A stretch of DNA of 63,485 bases, filler included, from Bigelowiella natans CCMP2755 (taxonomy: Eukaryota > Protista > Cercozoa), in the NCBI GenBank assembly GCA_000320545.1. It is 4 parts of 4 records of this genome, joined end to end, with 100 filler letters (N's around TTAATTAATTAA, not from the genome) between each part and the next. Parts side by side here need not be neighbours in the genome. Positions count along the whole stretch, not along the records: positions 12,735 to 39,403 come from ADNK01002457.1; positions 39,504 to 56,598 come from ADNK01002240.1; 2 more parts are not named here. One strand, 5' to 3'. Both the position numbers and the translations under genes were made by a program. Of the stretch, positions 27,457 to 41,057 are shown in pieces. The notes beneath the pieces were generated by a model. That model was not told where the DNA came from. It did no database searches and saw only the letters and a program-made list of their open reading frames with translations. Each line of letters begins with the position of its first letter. Position 1 is the first letter of the stretch.

Positions 27457-28201
27457 TTACTTGATCTTTCTCACGCAATGATTTACTGCATCCGTAACAT
27501 ATATAGTTCCGTTCATTGCTGTGATAATAAAAAACAAAAAGATTCTTTTGAGCGATTTTTTAACTTGAAGGATGGATTGGATCCACAGTGAATTACGTAC
27601 AAAATTGAATTACGGTAAATGCGGCGACATAGTTGTGTGTAAGTAGATTGATAGATGGCTACATAATATTAAGCACCAGTGACTCCTGACGGTAGATTGA
27701 ACTTGGAGTACAATCCCATTCCTAAGAACAAGAAGAAGGACAAACGAAGAAACACATATGCAGCATAGTAGAATCAATCAACCTAGCAGTATATCATGGT
27801 CATTTTCCACACTAACAACTACCAATGTACTTGATCCTATCCATATCTAGATGTATTCAGGAGTAGGTTATTGCATAGAAGAAACAGCCATATGTTGGTG
27901 TTGATCATGATTCTGCAAGCATTATACCATCTCCTAGGCCTTTCTCTGTGCCGCATACAGTGGCTACCTGCATCAGCGAGTAGTATTGAAGTCAATTCAT
28001 CGTAATAATCATCAGTAACAGCATCATCCCAATAGCAAAATTATTAGGGTTTCTCTATTATTCTAGTTTTTGTATATTGTGTGTCTAGTATGCGAGTGTG
28101 TATCGTTGAAGGTGTGCGTATTATCAAAGCAAACAACTGTGACAATCATGCCTCAAAAGAAGATCAGACGATATTGATAATAATATTCAAAACAAATAAT
28201 A

Positions 28202-28232
<31 letters not shown>

Positions 28233-28428
28233 TCACTTTGCCATTAGGCATGAGGCAACGAATCCTGTTGTTCCATTTGTCTGCAATGTAGATCTTTCCC
28301 TATCCCATAAAAGGAAGAAGCAATGACTAAAGCAGAGAAACAAGAGGGGAGGGGATACTATTACTGCTATTATTACTGCTTCTACTGCTGCTACTACTAC
28401 TACTACTACTACTACTACTAATACAATA

Positions 28429-28472
<44 letters not shown>

Positions 28473-31129
28473 CGTTTGTTTGCAATACGCACAGTCAAAA
28501 ACGCCTGTGATGGGAAGTAAGGAAGCACGGAAGAGGAGGTGATAAAGGATGATACAAGAATATTAATTGATTAGCGATCCCCCTCCTTCTCAATTGAGAA
28601 CAAGTAAGACAGACAGCCAGCGAGAATGGAGAGGAGGGGTGAAGAATACTGCTTCTAATCATATCAAGGAAAACTGATGATATATCCGCTAATAACAGTA
28701 CAGGTGGTCAATACTGCTACTAGCTCCGTTTCCCCTCTCTGTTATGTCATTACTGCTATTTCATAGAGTATATTTTCCACAAGTAATACAGTCGTAGTAT
28801 ATGGTTTCGTCAGTAGTATCCATAGAAGAGAGTAGTATTGCTACCACCTGCAAACGTTGATAGAAGCGCCAAGCCTGATGTAGTAGTATATGTGTATGTG
28901 CATTGTGCAAGTATCTGCATCATGTGCCTTTGCATGTCTGCATGGAGAAGGTGTACTCTATAGCAATACAGAATAATCGGCCATTTTAAGAACAAGACAG
29001 CAGCTGGGGCTACTACAGTGGTATGATTCTGTCGTTTTGTTAGCAGTAGTAGTAGCTGCAACATATGACTACTTCTTACGTATTACCATCCCTTGCTTTG
29101 TCGATCTCTCCATATCCGGCTAATGTTGATACCTTTGACACTAAAGCAGCAGTAGCAGCAGCAGCAGCACCCACAATAGACATAGGATCACTACTATCAA
29201 CGTAACAACAACAACAAGTACTACTACTACTACTACTAAGATCCAGCAGCAGGTGAGTCGATGATGATGCTACACGCAAATCATGCTCAAAGTTCACTCT
29301 CTAAACATCGAGAAAGCCAATCATGCTCAAAGTTCACTCTATAAACATCGAGAAAGCCAATCGTTTTGATCTTGCGATGATGCCGCTAATTTCCAATTCT
29401 ATTCTACTTCATCTTTACATTTATTATGTTGATACTGCCTACACCAAAATCATGACGATTACTATCACCAATTACTTCCGAGGAATCCAGGGGGGGGGCG
29501 GGATATCTTTCGTATCCTAATTCATGAAATTTATTCTCAATTGCTAGGTAATAAAAAATAATAATCCAACAGCACTATTTTATTCAATGTATCAACAACA
29601 TGCCATCGTCATTATCATCACCATCATCATCATCCTCATCACCAACGGTAATTGATGATGATGGTAGTAGTATTAGTTGTAGTGGTAGTAGTACCTCTCA
29701 TTCCATGTGTCTGCGACATACCTGCAGCAGCACATTCAGTGAGGTTTTACGATATCATAGCAATGGTGGTGGTTAATGATGATGATGATTTCGGATCATT
29801 ATGTTTCTTCTCTCTCTCATTGAGAGTATACAGACAATGAATACATGTAATGATTGAATGAGAGAAAGAGAGAGAGAGAGGGAGAGAGAAAGAGAGGGAG
29901 AGAGAAAGAGAGAGTGATGAAAAGCCATAAATCATTATTGTCACTAGAGTAGTAGGCAGTGGGGTTATGTGGGTTCTTTTATTATTATTCTCATTCTTAT
30001 TATTATTATCATTGTCATTACACGTTCCCATCGTCGTCGACATCAATTCCCTTTGCACCAGCAGTGAGTAGCAGCAGCGTCCATTGAAACACAGCAGCGT
30101 GTAGAGGTAATGACACAGATGACACAATGTGTGAATGATGGGAAGAAGGGGAAACAAGACCACCCCCCCTTGTGCAGCAGAGAACACACGATGTCGCTCG
30201 ATGATGATGAAGGCTATCATGCGCTGTTGCAAAATCCAAGACATCAAGGTGGTAATTGTTACCAGCTCTTAGTTGTGGTAGTAGTAGTAGTAGTAGTAGT
30301 AGTAGCAGTACAGTTGCTAACATGGGAACATACAACACCAATCTGACCACCTGAGGCCTTGCCATGCGAGACTCGCATGCGTATCCGTCTTTAAGATCCT
30401 CCTTCTGAGAGGCCATTATCATCACCATCATGTCATGCCATGTTGTTCACATCTAGGTGTTAGTTGTCCATTTGCTGATGACATCTACTATTGTTATTAA
30501 TGCTTGTAAAATATGAGTAACTATGTCTATCTATCCATGTAACCACGTCGGTGTTGATAGTTAGCACTTCAGTAAGTGTTCCGTAACCACCTGTAAATGA
30601 TAAATAGCAAATAGTAATGTTGATAATGCACACATTGCGACACACACACACACATGTGTGTAAACATATGTGTTAATATATACATATATGTGTATATGTA
30701 TGTGTATATATGTATACATATGTACATATACGCCATGATGGAAGGAGTACGTCATTGTTATTAAATCATGCATTTTATATATGGGTTGGTTTCCATTTCC
30801 CAACGTTTCTCCTCCCTTGCGAGCAAGGAGGTCGGTGTTCAGTAAATCAACAGATTACAATTTCTGCTCTGGTGTACTGTTACCACTACCAGTAGTATTC
30901 TTAGCACATTATTATTATTGTTGTTATTATTATTATTACCAATGACATCTACTTGGAATTGGCGATCATCTATCCGGAGGATATTATCCTCCATCGAATT
31001 GGCTACGTATATCCTTCCTGTTGTTGATCATCAATAATCAATCATCATCATCATCATCATCATCATCATAATGCTAAGGGTAGACTACAAGTACAAATAA
31101 GAAGAGAGCCAGTCCTTGCATAGTAGTAA

Positions 31130-31162
<33 letters not shown>

Positions 31163-31336
31163 AGTAGTATTAGAATTTTTCGAAGCAGTTCAATGGTGTA
31201 CTATAATGTAACATATATACAACCGTATGCGTCAATAGTGATTCCTCCCTGATGTCGTATTCTGTCCGCATAAAAATGAAAATAAATGTGAATTGGTGAA
31301 AACGTTTAAAATAACAATCATTAATCTTAGAAGGAA

Positions 31337-31388
<52 letters not shown>

Positions 31389-32693
31389 TATAGCAATCGT
31401 CGTCGTAGTAGTACATAGGAAAGGCTCTTGATAGCCATTGATCTGGTGGGTCATTGGGTTCCAAAGATCGTGCAATCTCTTCGCTATACACCGTCGTCTT
31501 GATTTACAATAACAAGAAACATAAGCCAAACACACACACACACAGATACAGCCCATTACACAGATGGAGGAACTAAAAGCAGAACAACAATAGCATCAAG
31601 ACGATAACAGTGCATCAGCATCATCTTCATAAAACTGATGATTGTCGCCACAATAGCGTGACTGTTACGCTTATGAACATCCATACATATATGGTTTGCT
31701 AGCATCGGTAGTACTGTAAGAATTGATAGCAGTAATGATGATAGTAGTGATACCACGTTACGATTTGGAGTGATTCTACGAATAGCACTATTGCCAAAAT
31801 CAGATACATAGATAGATCTGTGAGATAAGAAGGTATGATGATATAGGGTTAAGAGATCGTAGGAGGAAAAAAGAAGAAGAAGACGGTGAGTGGCAGTTCC
31901 ACGAAATTTTTCAGAATTTATTGTTAAAAGCCTAAAAGTTATTTACTATTATATACATTTAAAGCTGCTGCGGACAACAACAACAGCAACTACTACTGCT
32001 ACTACTAAATACTAAATACAACCTATCAGGGCTCACAGCTACCGAATACGGATAGTTGAATGCGGCTTCAGTCCCCATCCCATCATGGGCTCTGTATTCA
32101 TACACGTCGGTGATGATAATGATAATGATGATGATGATGATGATGATTATGATGATGATGTGTTCGGAACTATGCAACGGTAACAACAGCTAAATTGAGG
32201 AGGAAACACGTGAATAACTCGACACATATTGAATACATCTCTCTAACAACCTTTTATACTACACACAACTCAGATCTTACCCCCTATAAAATGTTCCAGC
32301 AATTGTTGTCGTTTCTCCGTTTGGTCGAATTTTTCTTATTCTTTGGTTGTACGAATCTGCGAGGTACACAACGCCATCGTGCTTGTCTACTCCTACGCTT
32401 CCTCCTAATTCAATTATTGAAGACCATTCATATATGTCAATCTTTGCGATCATATCATATATATATTTATATATTAAGAACGAGAAGTAAGCAGTCTTGC
32501 AAGCACTGACTCACACTCCCTACAAGTAGCAGCAGCAGCAGCATACATGTGTACCACCACGGTGTTTCATCGGCTACACTACCTGGAGTGTCGAAATGAG
32601 CATTTGCTCCCTTCCCATCTCTGTATCCACTGCAATAAAATGTACGATTACAAGACAACCACAGAAATAGCAGTAGCAGCAGCAGCAGCAGTG

Positions 32694-32729
<36 letters not shown>

Positions 32730-32982
32730 AACCAATAACAATTCAGCACTATTACCAACGTTACTACCCATTCATCAGTGGGTTCCCCGCCAACGTCGTT
32801 ACGTAGTAACCATTAGGATGAGGCTTGATTGGCGCTGGTGCTTCTTCTTCTTCTGTGCTGTAGACATAATGATCATGAGCCGTTGATATTTAACACTCAC
32901 ATATGAATTCTACGAATATTTATCTTATTATCTCTCTTTAGTAAGAAGAGCACTTACGATCGTGGTTTCCATCTTACTTTGG

Positions 32983-33014
<32 letters not shown>

Positions 33015-33696
33015 GCTTATACTATTACTACCACTACTATTATAACTCTTACCACTACCACTACCTTGTGTCTGTGTATACATTCTGTATCCTATATGGC
33101 AATTTTTTCCATATAGGTTCTACCAAAGGTGGCTCTTTTACAGTTGAGCTATTGTTCATTCTTGCAGGTGCTGCTGTATTTTCTGGCACCTATAGACGTG
33201 TGCTTGTAAACCAATGTGATCATTTATGTGATTGGAGGAGTAAATATTACTGCCATCACTGCCTAGTGTTGTAAATGTGGTACTCACCGTATAAATCCCG
33301 TGAAGCTGATTCTCTCCACGACTACGCTCTAACAAGTTATGATGATGGTGCTCAGACGGAAGATATTAGCATCACTTTCTCCAGTATAATAGACGTATAA
33401 TACGGAGTTGGTAGAACTACTGGAGCCATTATTGTTATGTGCACCTTCAGCATGCTGCTCTCGTCGTTTACGATTCATGTTTAACAAAGGAAGCCCCAAG
33501 GAGGAATGTCTTTCTGTAAGGTCTTGTCGCCTCGTTAGGCCGTCTTCCCGCTCTTCCATATTACCTGGATGATGTGGTATCAAGAATTACTACTCCCTTG
33601 AAACTATCTACAGCACTGAATTCTGCTTGCATTCCAGATCAGGATTGAGTCCTGTATTGATGATCATCATCATTTGGCGTTTAGCTTCATCATTCG

Positions 33697-33753
<57 letters not shown>

Positions 33754-34323
33754 CATTACAACATGCTATAAATTATGAATTAGATATGTAATTTTAAAAA
33801 CTATGGAATAAGAATCAGCTCTGAGTACCGCGGGCACCGAATATTTGGAACTGGCTGAACGTTGTTGTCAATGACAACCACAGCGTCAAAAGGATAAATA
33901 TCTGCTTGATGACATCAAATCATAGTTTCATTTATTAGTAACGTGGGACACTCATCATCGATGTAATGGTCATCAAGAGGGTGGGTATACCCTGCAGTAG
34001 AGAGAAGGAACTCTGATAACCCATTGGAGTATAGCAGAAAGTAATGAATGTGGCCAAGATTGGTGACGACGATGGGGCAACATCATCTTCCGAATGTTGA
34101 CGAAGTTCTCAGTTTCACTTTCACTAGTCTGCTAGGAGTCGTTTGCGGACGAAGCTGTGAGATGGGTAAGCACTCCCTCCCACATTTCTGAGCTGACACG
34201 ATGCGGATAGCTGTTGCAATAGCAGGTTCCAGCGGTGTTGTTTGATGGGTTATCGGTGAGCGACTTGAAATATAAGTTGACGCAGTAGTAATTCGCCCTA
34301 CCAATAGGCATGGAATTGATCAT
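27457..34323 (-). CDS. NHL-repeat (beta-propeller) protein, many small exons; 5' end uncertain
   Basis: Repeated NHL motifs: YRDGKGANAHFDTPGSVA (~32620), HDGMGTEAAFNYPYSVAVSPD (~32085), IYVSDFGNSAIRRITPN (~31815), GRIYVANS (~31015), YVADTWNE|RIRKIS, VSTLAG, GKIYIADKWNNRIRCL (~28300), GMGLYSKFNLPSGVT, GTIYVTDAVNHCVRKIK*. Confidence 0.75.
29280..29362. repeat. 40-bp tandem duplication with one mismatch
   Basis: atcatgctcaaagttcactct(c/a)taaacatcgagaaagcca x2. Confidence 0.9.
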
Positions 34324-34443
34324 GATAGCGATGATGATAACAAGGGAAGGGCTTCCAGGTGGTGGCAACCGGGATCCCGGTAGGAAGAAGAGAAGGGAGA
34401 GAGGGAGAAGGGGAGGAGGAGAACCAGGAGCAGCTTTCCTCCC

Positions 34444-36183
34444 ATGCGATCTTCGGAAGCGAGGTGTGTAGAAGGTCTTGATTGACATCGTGCAATCTTA
34501 GTAACGACATTTCATTCGAAAGGAGAATACTGGGTGTCGATAGCTCTGCAAGCGGAGAGGAGATTCGAAAAGCTTATAAGGTTGTACTAACTAATTTATA
34601 TCGAAGATTGGTGGCATAGAGAGTAGGGTTAATCTGGAAAATATATTGTGATGAGCGCAGTGTTGTTGCGTGTGTATATAATTTAACGCGAGTATAAACC
34701 TTCCACCCCTGTCTCCTCGTCGTGATCAGAAGCTAGCACTTAAATTTCATCCGGACAAAAGTCAGTGACAACATTCATCTTTCTCCTTCAACGCATACCG
34801 CAACGATCTCCCATTTATCTCCACATAACACGAATCACAACGGTGGTTTTCCACTTGTTAGTTTCTCTCGTTGTATCAGATGGCAATGAAAGATACAATG
34901 AAATTAAATTCGTTGCATATTCTTCGTTTAGACCCTAATGACCCCGAGGGGGCTAAGAAGAAATTCCAAGATATTTCAGAAGCATATAAAACTCTTTCGG
35001 ATGACCCCTTGGCAAGCTTGAATCTTGAAGAGCTTTTGGAGAAAATTGCAGCTGAGTTCTTCGTAGACGTAATAAAATTATCCGCTCGAACAAAATATCA
35101 AACAGCCACAAAAATCAAATCAAAAGCAATGGTAGTGAAATAGTCAGGTTTAATCTGATTTAAAACTGCTTTCGTCAGCCATCCGAGTATAAAGAAGAGA
35201 TAAAGGCAGGAGTCAACATAGCAGGTGCTGATAGCTGACAAAACCATAAAAAGGACGCCTTTTGTTTCTTAAAGAAATGCTACCATCATTTTCGCTTTAC
35301 GAAGGTTGTTCTGATGAAGTATTCTGATTGGAATTAAGTATTCTTGTTGGGATGATTAGGAACGGCAGTTGCCAGTGTGATAGATGGGGTTGCTGCAGTC
35401 ATATCTAACCTGGGTGCCCTCATCGATCCTGGTGAAGAGGTAATTAAGAATGATGACGGTGATGAGTTTACACTTAACCAGACATGTCTCTGTCCAGCTC
35501 TTCTTTATCAATCGACTACACCATACCTAATATATTTCGCCATTATTTCCTTGAGGAGATCGTTCATCAATAGTCAACCATAACTTAACCCAGGAGGGAA
35601 CTAAGAAAGAGACAGATGCTGGAGGAGCTAGTACTAAAGAAGCAGAATCTGGATATGTAAATGAGATCATTTCCGCAAAGCTTAATGAAAGGACGAAGTC
35701 AACCCCAGCACCGAAGAATGTTCGATCGCCGGCTGCTAATTTAGAGGAAAAGCAGGGAGAAAAACATAAAGTCAAACGCTCTTCCTTTGATTGTTCTCGT
35801 AGAGAAGATATTCTTCTCAGTGACAAAAAAGGTAATCACACTAATCTTGGACGTCAAGCGAGTGACCCGAAGGCCAAGAAACAGAATCTCGGCTTGCAGC
35901 ACGGCAAAAGTTGTCCAGATTCAAGGGAAGAAGATGAGAATAGTGGCATTCTCAACGGAGAGCTAGACGCTATTTTCGCGACAGGTTTACTTTTTGCTTT
36001 TGTTTGGTTAGACATATGTGATGTCCCAATGATGACAATGATAGACTATTGACCATGATTCACAATTTTATTCGAGTTGTTGGTGCTTCTGGTGCTTCTG
36101 GATTTTGCTGTTGACAAGATATGCCATGTTTTTTAGGAATACAAAAATTACAACTAATGCAAGCAGAAATGAAAAAGGATTGA
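34444..36183 (+). CDS. DnaJ (J-domain) protein, class C-like, multi-exon
   Basis: MRSSEAR|RILGVDSSASGEEIRKAYK|KLALKFHPDK|NPNDPEGAKKKFQDISEAYKTLSDDP contains the HPD motif; last exon GIQKLQLMQAEMKKD*. Confidence 0.88.
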
Positions 36184-36399
36184 AAATGAAGCTTTTGTGC
36201 GCCAGGACCTAAACGCTATAACATGAAATTTTAATTGTTCTTTAAAAGGCTGCATTCTACCGAACCGTGAGTAATTACGGCTCATTGACATGCACATGTA
36301 GATGTAGGAATCCATGTAGAGGTTCTTAGTCTAGTCAACACCTCTAGACCTCATTCAAGTCCACTAATCCATCTTTGCCTCCACAACGGACAAAGTTTT

Positions 36400-37460
36400 G
36401 TTAGAATTGTTACATGCAATGTGTAACTCCACCCACGAGAAACTTGCAATTGGCGTGCTTACGATCGTGCACGAAAGACATGGTTTAAACGGTGGTGTCG
36501 ATGGGCTAGAAATTGCTACTCGTGCAATCTGGTGCTGCGATCATGATTTAATCAGCATCATTGCACATGCTAGCATGTTCTCATTGGATGATGTCTGACG
36601 TGCACTTTGTGTCAGCAGTAACAAAATGCGATTCTGGTCGTTTGCAACAGCACTAGAAAAAGCCAGACTAGCAGAGGTGCGTGAATTGCGTTGTGAACTT
36701 TTTTGCCGTGCTAGCGTGCGGCTTGTTTTCTGACCATGTAACTAGTTGATGGTGCTAGCTAGCTAGAGCTAGGGTGGACTAGTCTAGCATTCGCAGTGGT
36801 GGATGCACAGCAAATGATGCCTCATGGTGCACCAACTCCAGAACTCTAACTAGCGAAGGGTAGAACGTCATGGGCGGCTAGCACTAGCCACACAGCAGAG
36901 CATATCGAGCAAGCCGAGAAGCTAGCGAAGTGCTGTCCAGTTTTCCCATGAAGCCAGAAGTGAAAGATCGCTAGCTGGCACCACACGCACGCTAGCACGC
37001 ACTTCCCAGCTGCATTCCAACATTGCCGTCTCGTGACTCCTTTGACCGTGAGCGTGCTGGCTCTGGGTTAGCAGGGCTAGCTGGACCAGTGGAGCAGCCT
37101 GTGAATCATTGTCATTGGTTCTTCGCATCTCGAAAGCGGGAGGAACAATTGACAATGAACAATGAAGCAAGCATTGATGGAAGAACAGAACCACTAGCTA
37201 CGGGTGATTCAATTGGGGATGGGTGTCAATTGTTGGCACAGCAAGAGTGTGTCCATGTTCTAGCTGCTGGTTCATAACCTGACCCCTGTTTTCAATCATC
37301 TCTACTGCAATCAGTAGCGCGTGCCAGTCTAGCAGTGACAGAACATGGCTAGTTCCATTGTTTTTGCCGGGCGGATGACGTGCTAGAAAGAAAATGAGCG
37401 AGTGCTTGTCGCACAGCTGACTTCGAAGCAACAAATTGTGTACAAATCACCAATGTAATC
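36400..37460. mobile_element. Non-coding intergenic relic (probable decayed TE), TA-depleted and CTAG-rich
   Basis: Lies between two genes, has no credible ORF, and shares the composition of the relics at 44.8-45.3 and 50.9-52.1 kb. Confidence 0.4.
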
Positions 37461-37846
37461 TTTTGATGATGCTTGGCCATGTGGTTGTCGTTGAGTAGAA
37501 ATCCTCGAAAATTCATGGAAATCGTGGGAAGTTCTTGTCAATATTGTCGAGCAAAAATTCAACTCGATGCCTCCTTAAGGTTCGGCCATGGAATTATGGT
37601 GGTCACGGTTTACCTCGCTGAATGTTTCGGGTGGGAGGGGATGTGGCGACGAACATAGACGCCACCAGTAGAATCCATGATAAGGAGGATAAAATTCGAT
37701 TACATTTAGAAATGGTGGCGACCCAAACATGATGATGTGAGAGCATCTGACGTACATATTGAATTTGTTCCTTACAGCACGAAATCGTGTTTGACCCCGA
37801 CCCACCCTCATATCCTTTCAGTAAAAACAGTTTTAGTGGACCGTCT

Positions 37847-39011
37847 ATGGGAAGCGTGCTAAGCTCCCCTTCTCAGGACGTCTACGCTACCCTCTCGGAT
37901 TACCTCGAAGAAGAAGAAGAAAAAGGTGATAGTAGTAGACTATGCTTTGGATCGTTCTTTCTCGGAATGTATGTACAACGAGATTTACCAAGAATATAAC
38001 GACTTGAAAGAGCAAGTGATACAATAGAAAAAGCTGTGCTTACCACAATTGATCATTGCCTCATTATCACCGTTATCATGACTATCGACATCATCATCGT
38101 ACAGATTGCCGTGAACCCATGATTGGTGAGTCTTCTTCCACGGAGGTGGACCGATACGTTGAACGAGATGGCAAAAATGGCAGCATTAACAACAACTACT
38201 CAAATGATCAACAGCTTGTGCATCCCTCCAATTTTCGGATATCTATCGAAGAGGAGGTATGATGCAAGCATTGGAAATAATAATAATAATAACAATAATA
38301 ATAATAATAATGATAATAGAAATAGTAGTTCCATGTTTCTATTATGTCTATTGCTACTATGATGATGACAGTAGTCTCCTTATCTGCCACTATTTAGGAG
38401 ACAAGCGAATACCGCATGTGGGATGCTCGTCGGTTTCGCGACATATTTATTCATTTCTACGGCTTTTTGCCTCTGGCAGATCGGTTGTTCTCCTCATCTA
38501 CATCATACATTATATACTTATTTACCAACGGAACAACTCAGCAGCATATTCACACTTTGAAATCATCATCATCATTATCATTATCATCGGATATTATAGG
38601 TCTCGTTGCGCAAGCGTATCACGCACGTGGAGACAAGCATCATATGATCCTTCTCTATGGCAAATCCTGGACCTGAGCGGGTATGATGCCTCGTGTGTAT
38701 GTATATTCGTTCTGAGGAGCAGTAGCAGCATCAACGGAAGTGCTACTTTAAGAACCTGTATCATCATGATACTAAACACATCTGCTAATCTTCTTAAATA
38801 TTTTATTATATACTACATCCTAGGTATAAATATCGATTGGGAGATGACTTGTTGTGTCAATTGCTAGTAGAATCTAAGCGGTTTAAGGTACGGATTTCTT
38901 ATTACAAATGGTATAGGGACGAGATATTATTCTCAATGTTCATGCACAATGAGTGATAATGATGATGATGATGATGGTTGGGCCTAAAATACGGCTGGTG
39001 GCGGTGTTGCA

Positions 39012-39048
<37 letters not shown>

Positions 39049-39183
39049 TGAAACCACCTATGATATCAACAGTTCATCAACCACGCACTTGCTTTCATGC
39101 GGCGTATTGCTTTTTAATATCAGCAATTGCAAGCTTTAAACCTGGAAGGATGTGCAGCCATCAGCGATAGGTCGCTCAAAGTG
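37847..39183 (+). CDS. F-box/LRR (FBXL-like) protein, 3' part lost in gap
   Basis: DIFIHFYGFLPLAD|RSRCASVSRTWRQASYDPSLWQILDLSG (F-box), then YKYRLGDDLLCQLL and LQALNLEGCAAISDRSL (cysteine-containing LRR). Confidence 0.85.
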
Positions 39184-39403
39184 GTAAGAAGAACAAGAGG
39201 AGCTGGCATAGCTGCTGTGCTGCTCGAACATCACCACAATACGACTACTACTACTACTACTACTACAACTTCAACTACTTTTAACACTCCTCCCTCCAAT
39301 TCAGAGAGACGTCATCATCATCCACCATATAATTCTGACAATATTTAGAATATGTATTACATCATCATCTTTATCGAATGTAGATACTACTACTACTACT
39401 ACT

Positions 39404-39503
39404 NNNNNNNNNNNNNNNNNNNNNNNNNNNNNNNNNNNNNNNNNNNNTTAATTAATTAANNNNNNNNNNNNNNNNNNNNNNNNNNNNNNNNNNNNNNNNN
39501 NNN
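39404..39503. other. Scaffold gap with artificial spacer
   Basis: N block with TTAATTAATTAA. Confidence 0.98.
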
Positions 39504-41057
39504 ATGTCACAGCAGCTAGAAGAACAGCAGGACTTTGGCTCGCAGGCCGTGCAAGGGCACGAGCAGAAACAGGAAAGGAAGGGCGATACGGACGCTAAGG
39601 AAGGAGGAGGAACACCTCCACAGGCACCGCCGGGACCAGCACCCGGGATTAAGAAAGCAGATGCAGCAGCAGAGGCACTGGAGAACTTCTACGAGGCGGA
39701 CGACGAGGACGTGGCCGCCGAAAGCAAGAAGGTCGTAATGGCATTACGAGCCTTGCGACCCAGGGCGAGCAACTACGCCAAACTGAAAGTATCGATAGAA
39801 TACAAGTATCAGACACATGATGTTTGGGCAGCTATCATGCAGGACATCATGGATTACGAAGCAGACTTACCTCCAGAGTGGGCAGCTTTGTTTAGGAACG
39901 ACGGGGGTCTGGGCGCCTCGCGGGGGACGACCCAGAGCACCGTCAAGCAGCAGCAGCCGGTACAGCGGAACACCCAGTTCATGTCTGTTAAAACAGCACC
40001 GGTTATGATAACGAAATACAACGGGAAAAGAGGTGAGGCAAGGAGGTGGTGGAAGAACGCTAGGAGTATACTCTGCGACTTTACCCCTAACCCCACCGAA
40101 AACGACAAGCTCAAATGGCTAGCTATAATAAAGCAAGCCATGGACCTTTACGAGACAGGCAGGACCCGGATCAGGCAGCTAGAGAAAATACACACTACAG
40201 TTAGTGGGCTACGAGACGTTGAGGCGATAATGAAGGCTTTTGTAAATGAACAGGATGCTAACTCCCTACCCCAGGCTATTAGAAAATACAGAGCAATGAT
40301 GCAGCATGAGAGAGAACCTGTTAGAGACTTTGCCACGCGCTTCCAGGATATGATCGACGAACTACATGATTTTAATTACAACACAGGTGATGATCAGGCA
40401 AGGTTTGAAGAGTTCAAGTTAAAGATAAAGGAATCCACTTACGTTACGGAGAAAGGCTACACCACGATGGAGGCAGCAGTGCAGGCTATATCCCTACGCG
40501 AGCAGGAGCAGGACCGCAAGTTTACCAGCCCTAAGGTACCTGGCATAGGAAACATTAACGCTATTAAGCCGCAGCGAGACTGGTACAAGGACAGGGAAGG
40601 TAACCGACGTTGCGGATACTGCTCACGTAAAGGGAAACACACCGCTAAAGACTGCAGAGACAGGAAAGAAGGACGACCCAGGATGACGATCAGGCAGCTC
40701 AACGAACACTACGAGAAGTTAAAGAGAAAGAAAGGCAGAGGACAAGGATATAACAACAGCAAATGGCAAGGCAGCAACAACGGGAAGAACAATAAATATA
40801 AGAACAAAAAGCAGAACAGTATCAATGCTATACAGCAGCAGATAAACGGAATATTAGATCACCTTAAGCAGGCGCCGACGAAGACAGCAGTACCAGCAAC
40901 GCAGGACCAAGACAAGCCCATGACCCTAGACGACATAAAGAACTTAGGAGTATGCAACATTAATGACGAAGACGCTAACAGGACTATCAAAGTTGCTATG
41001 ACCAAGGTTAAAGTTAAAGACAGCTACGGAGACTACAAGAAACTACCTGCCCTTTAA
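39504..41057 (+). CDS. gag: Gag (capsid-like region, Zn knuckle) plus first residues of protease
   Basis: QHEREPVRDFATRF (major-homology-like region); CGYCSRKGKHTAKDC knuckle (C-X2-C-X5-H-X4-C). Confidence 0.9.
   Translation: MSQQLEEQQDFGSQAVQGHEQKQERKGDTDAKEGGGTPPQAPPGPAPGIKKADAAAEALENFYEADDEDVAAESKKVVMALRALRPRASNYAKLKVSIEYKYQTHDVWAAIMQDIMDYEADLPPEWAALFRNDGGLGASRGTTQSTVKQQQPVQRNTQFMSVKTAPVMITKYNGKRGEARRWWKNARSILCDFTPNPTENDKLKWLAIIKQAMDLYETGRTRIRQLEKIHTTVSGLRDVEAIMKAFVNEQDANSLPQAIRKYRAMMQHEREPVRDFATRFQDMIDELHDFNYNTGDDQARFEEFKLKIKESTYVTEKGYTTMEAAVQAISLREQEQDRKFTSPKVPGIGNINAIKPQRDWYKDREGNRRCGYCSRKGKHTAKDCRDRKEGRPRMTIRQLNEHYEKLKRKKGRGQGYNNSKWQGSNNGKNNKYKNKKQNSINAIQQQINGILDHLKQAPTKTAVPATQDQDKPMTLDDIKNLGVCNINDEDANRTIKVAMTKVKVKDSYGDYKKLPAL

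Larger units (their letters stand above)
9800..33750. repeat. Dense intronic microsatellites: (TA)n, (CA)n, (GA)n, (GAT)n, (GTA)n, (GAA)n, (GTT)n, (GCA)n
   Basis: Directly visible in most introns here and again at 52.7-63.4 kb. Confidence 0.95.

Noticed and set aside
10000-33800. Many track ORFs of poly-IY, poly-S, poly-M, poly-HT or poly-V
   Set aside because: These are translations of stop-free microsatellites in introns, not genes.
39504-39506. Gag ATG exactly at the contig edge as the true start
   Set aside because: Upstream sequence is N, so the real start, PBS and 5' LTR cannot be seen.
41055-41057. TAA reassignment (alternative genetic code)
   Set aside because: Long ORFs here contain no other in-frame TAA/TAG, and TAA terminates the hydrolase model at 17166-17168.
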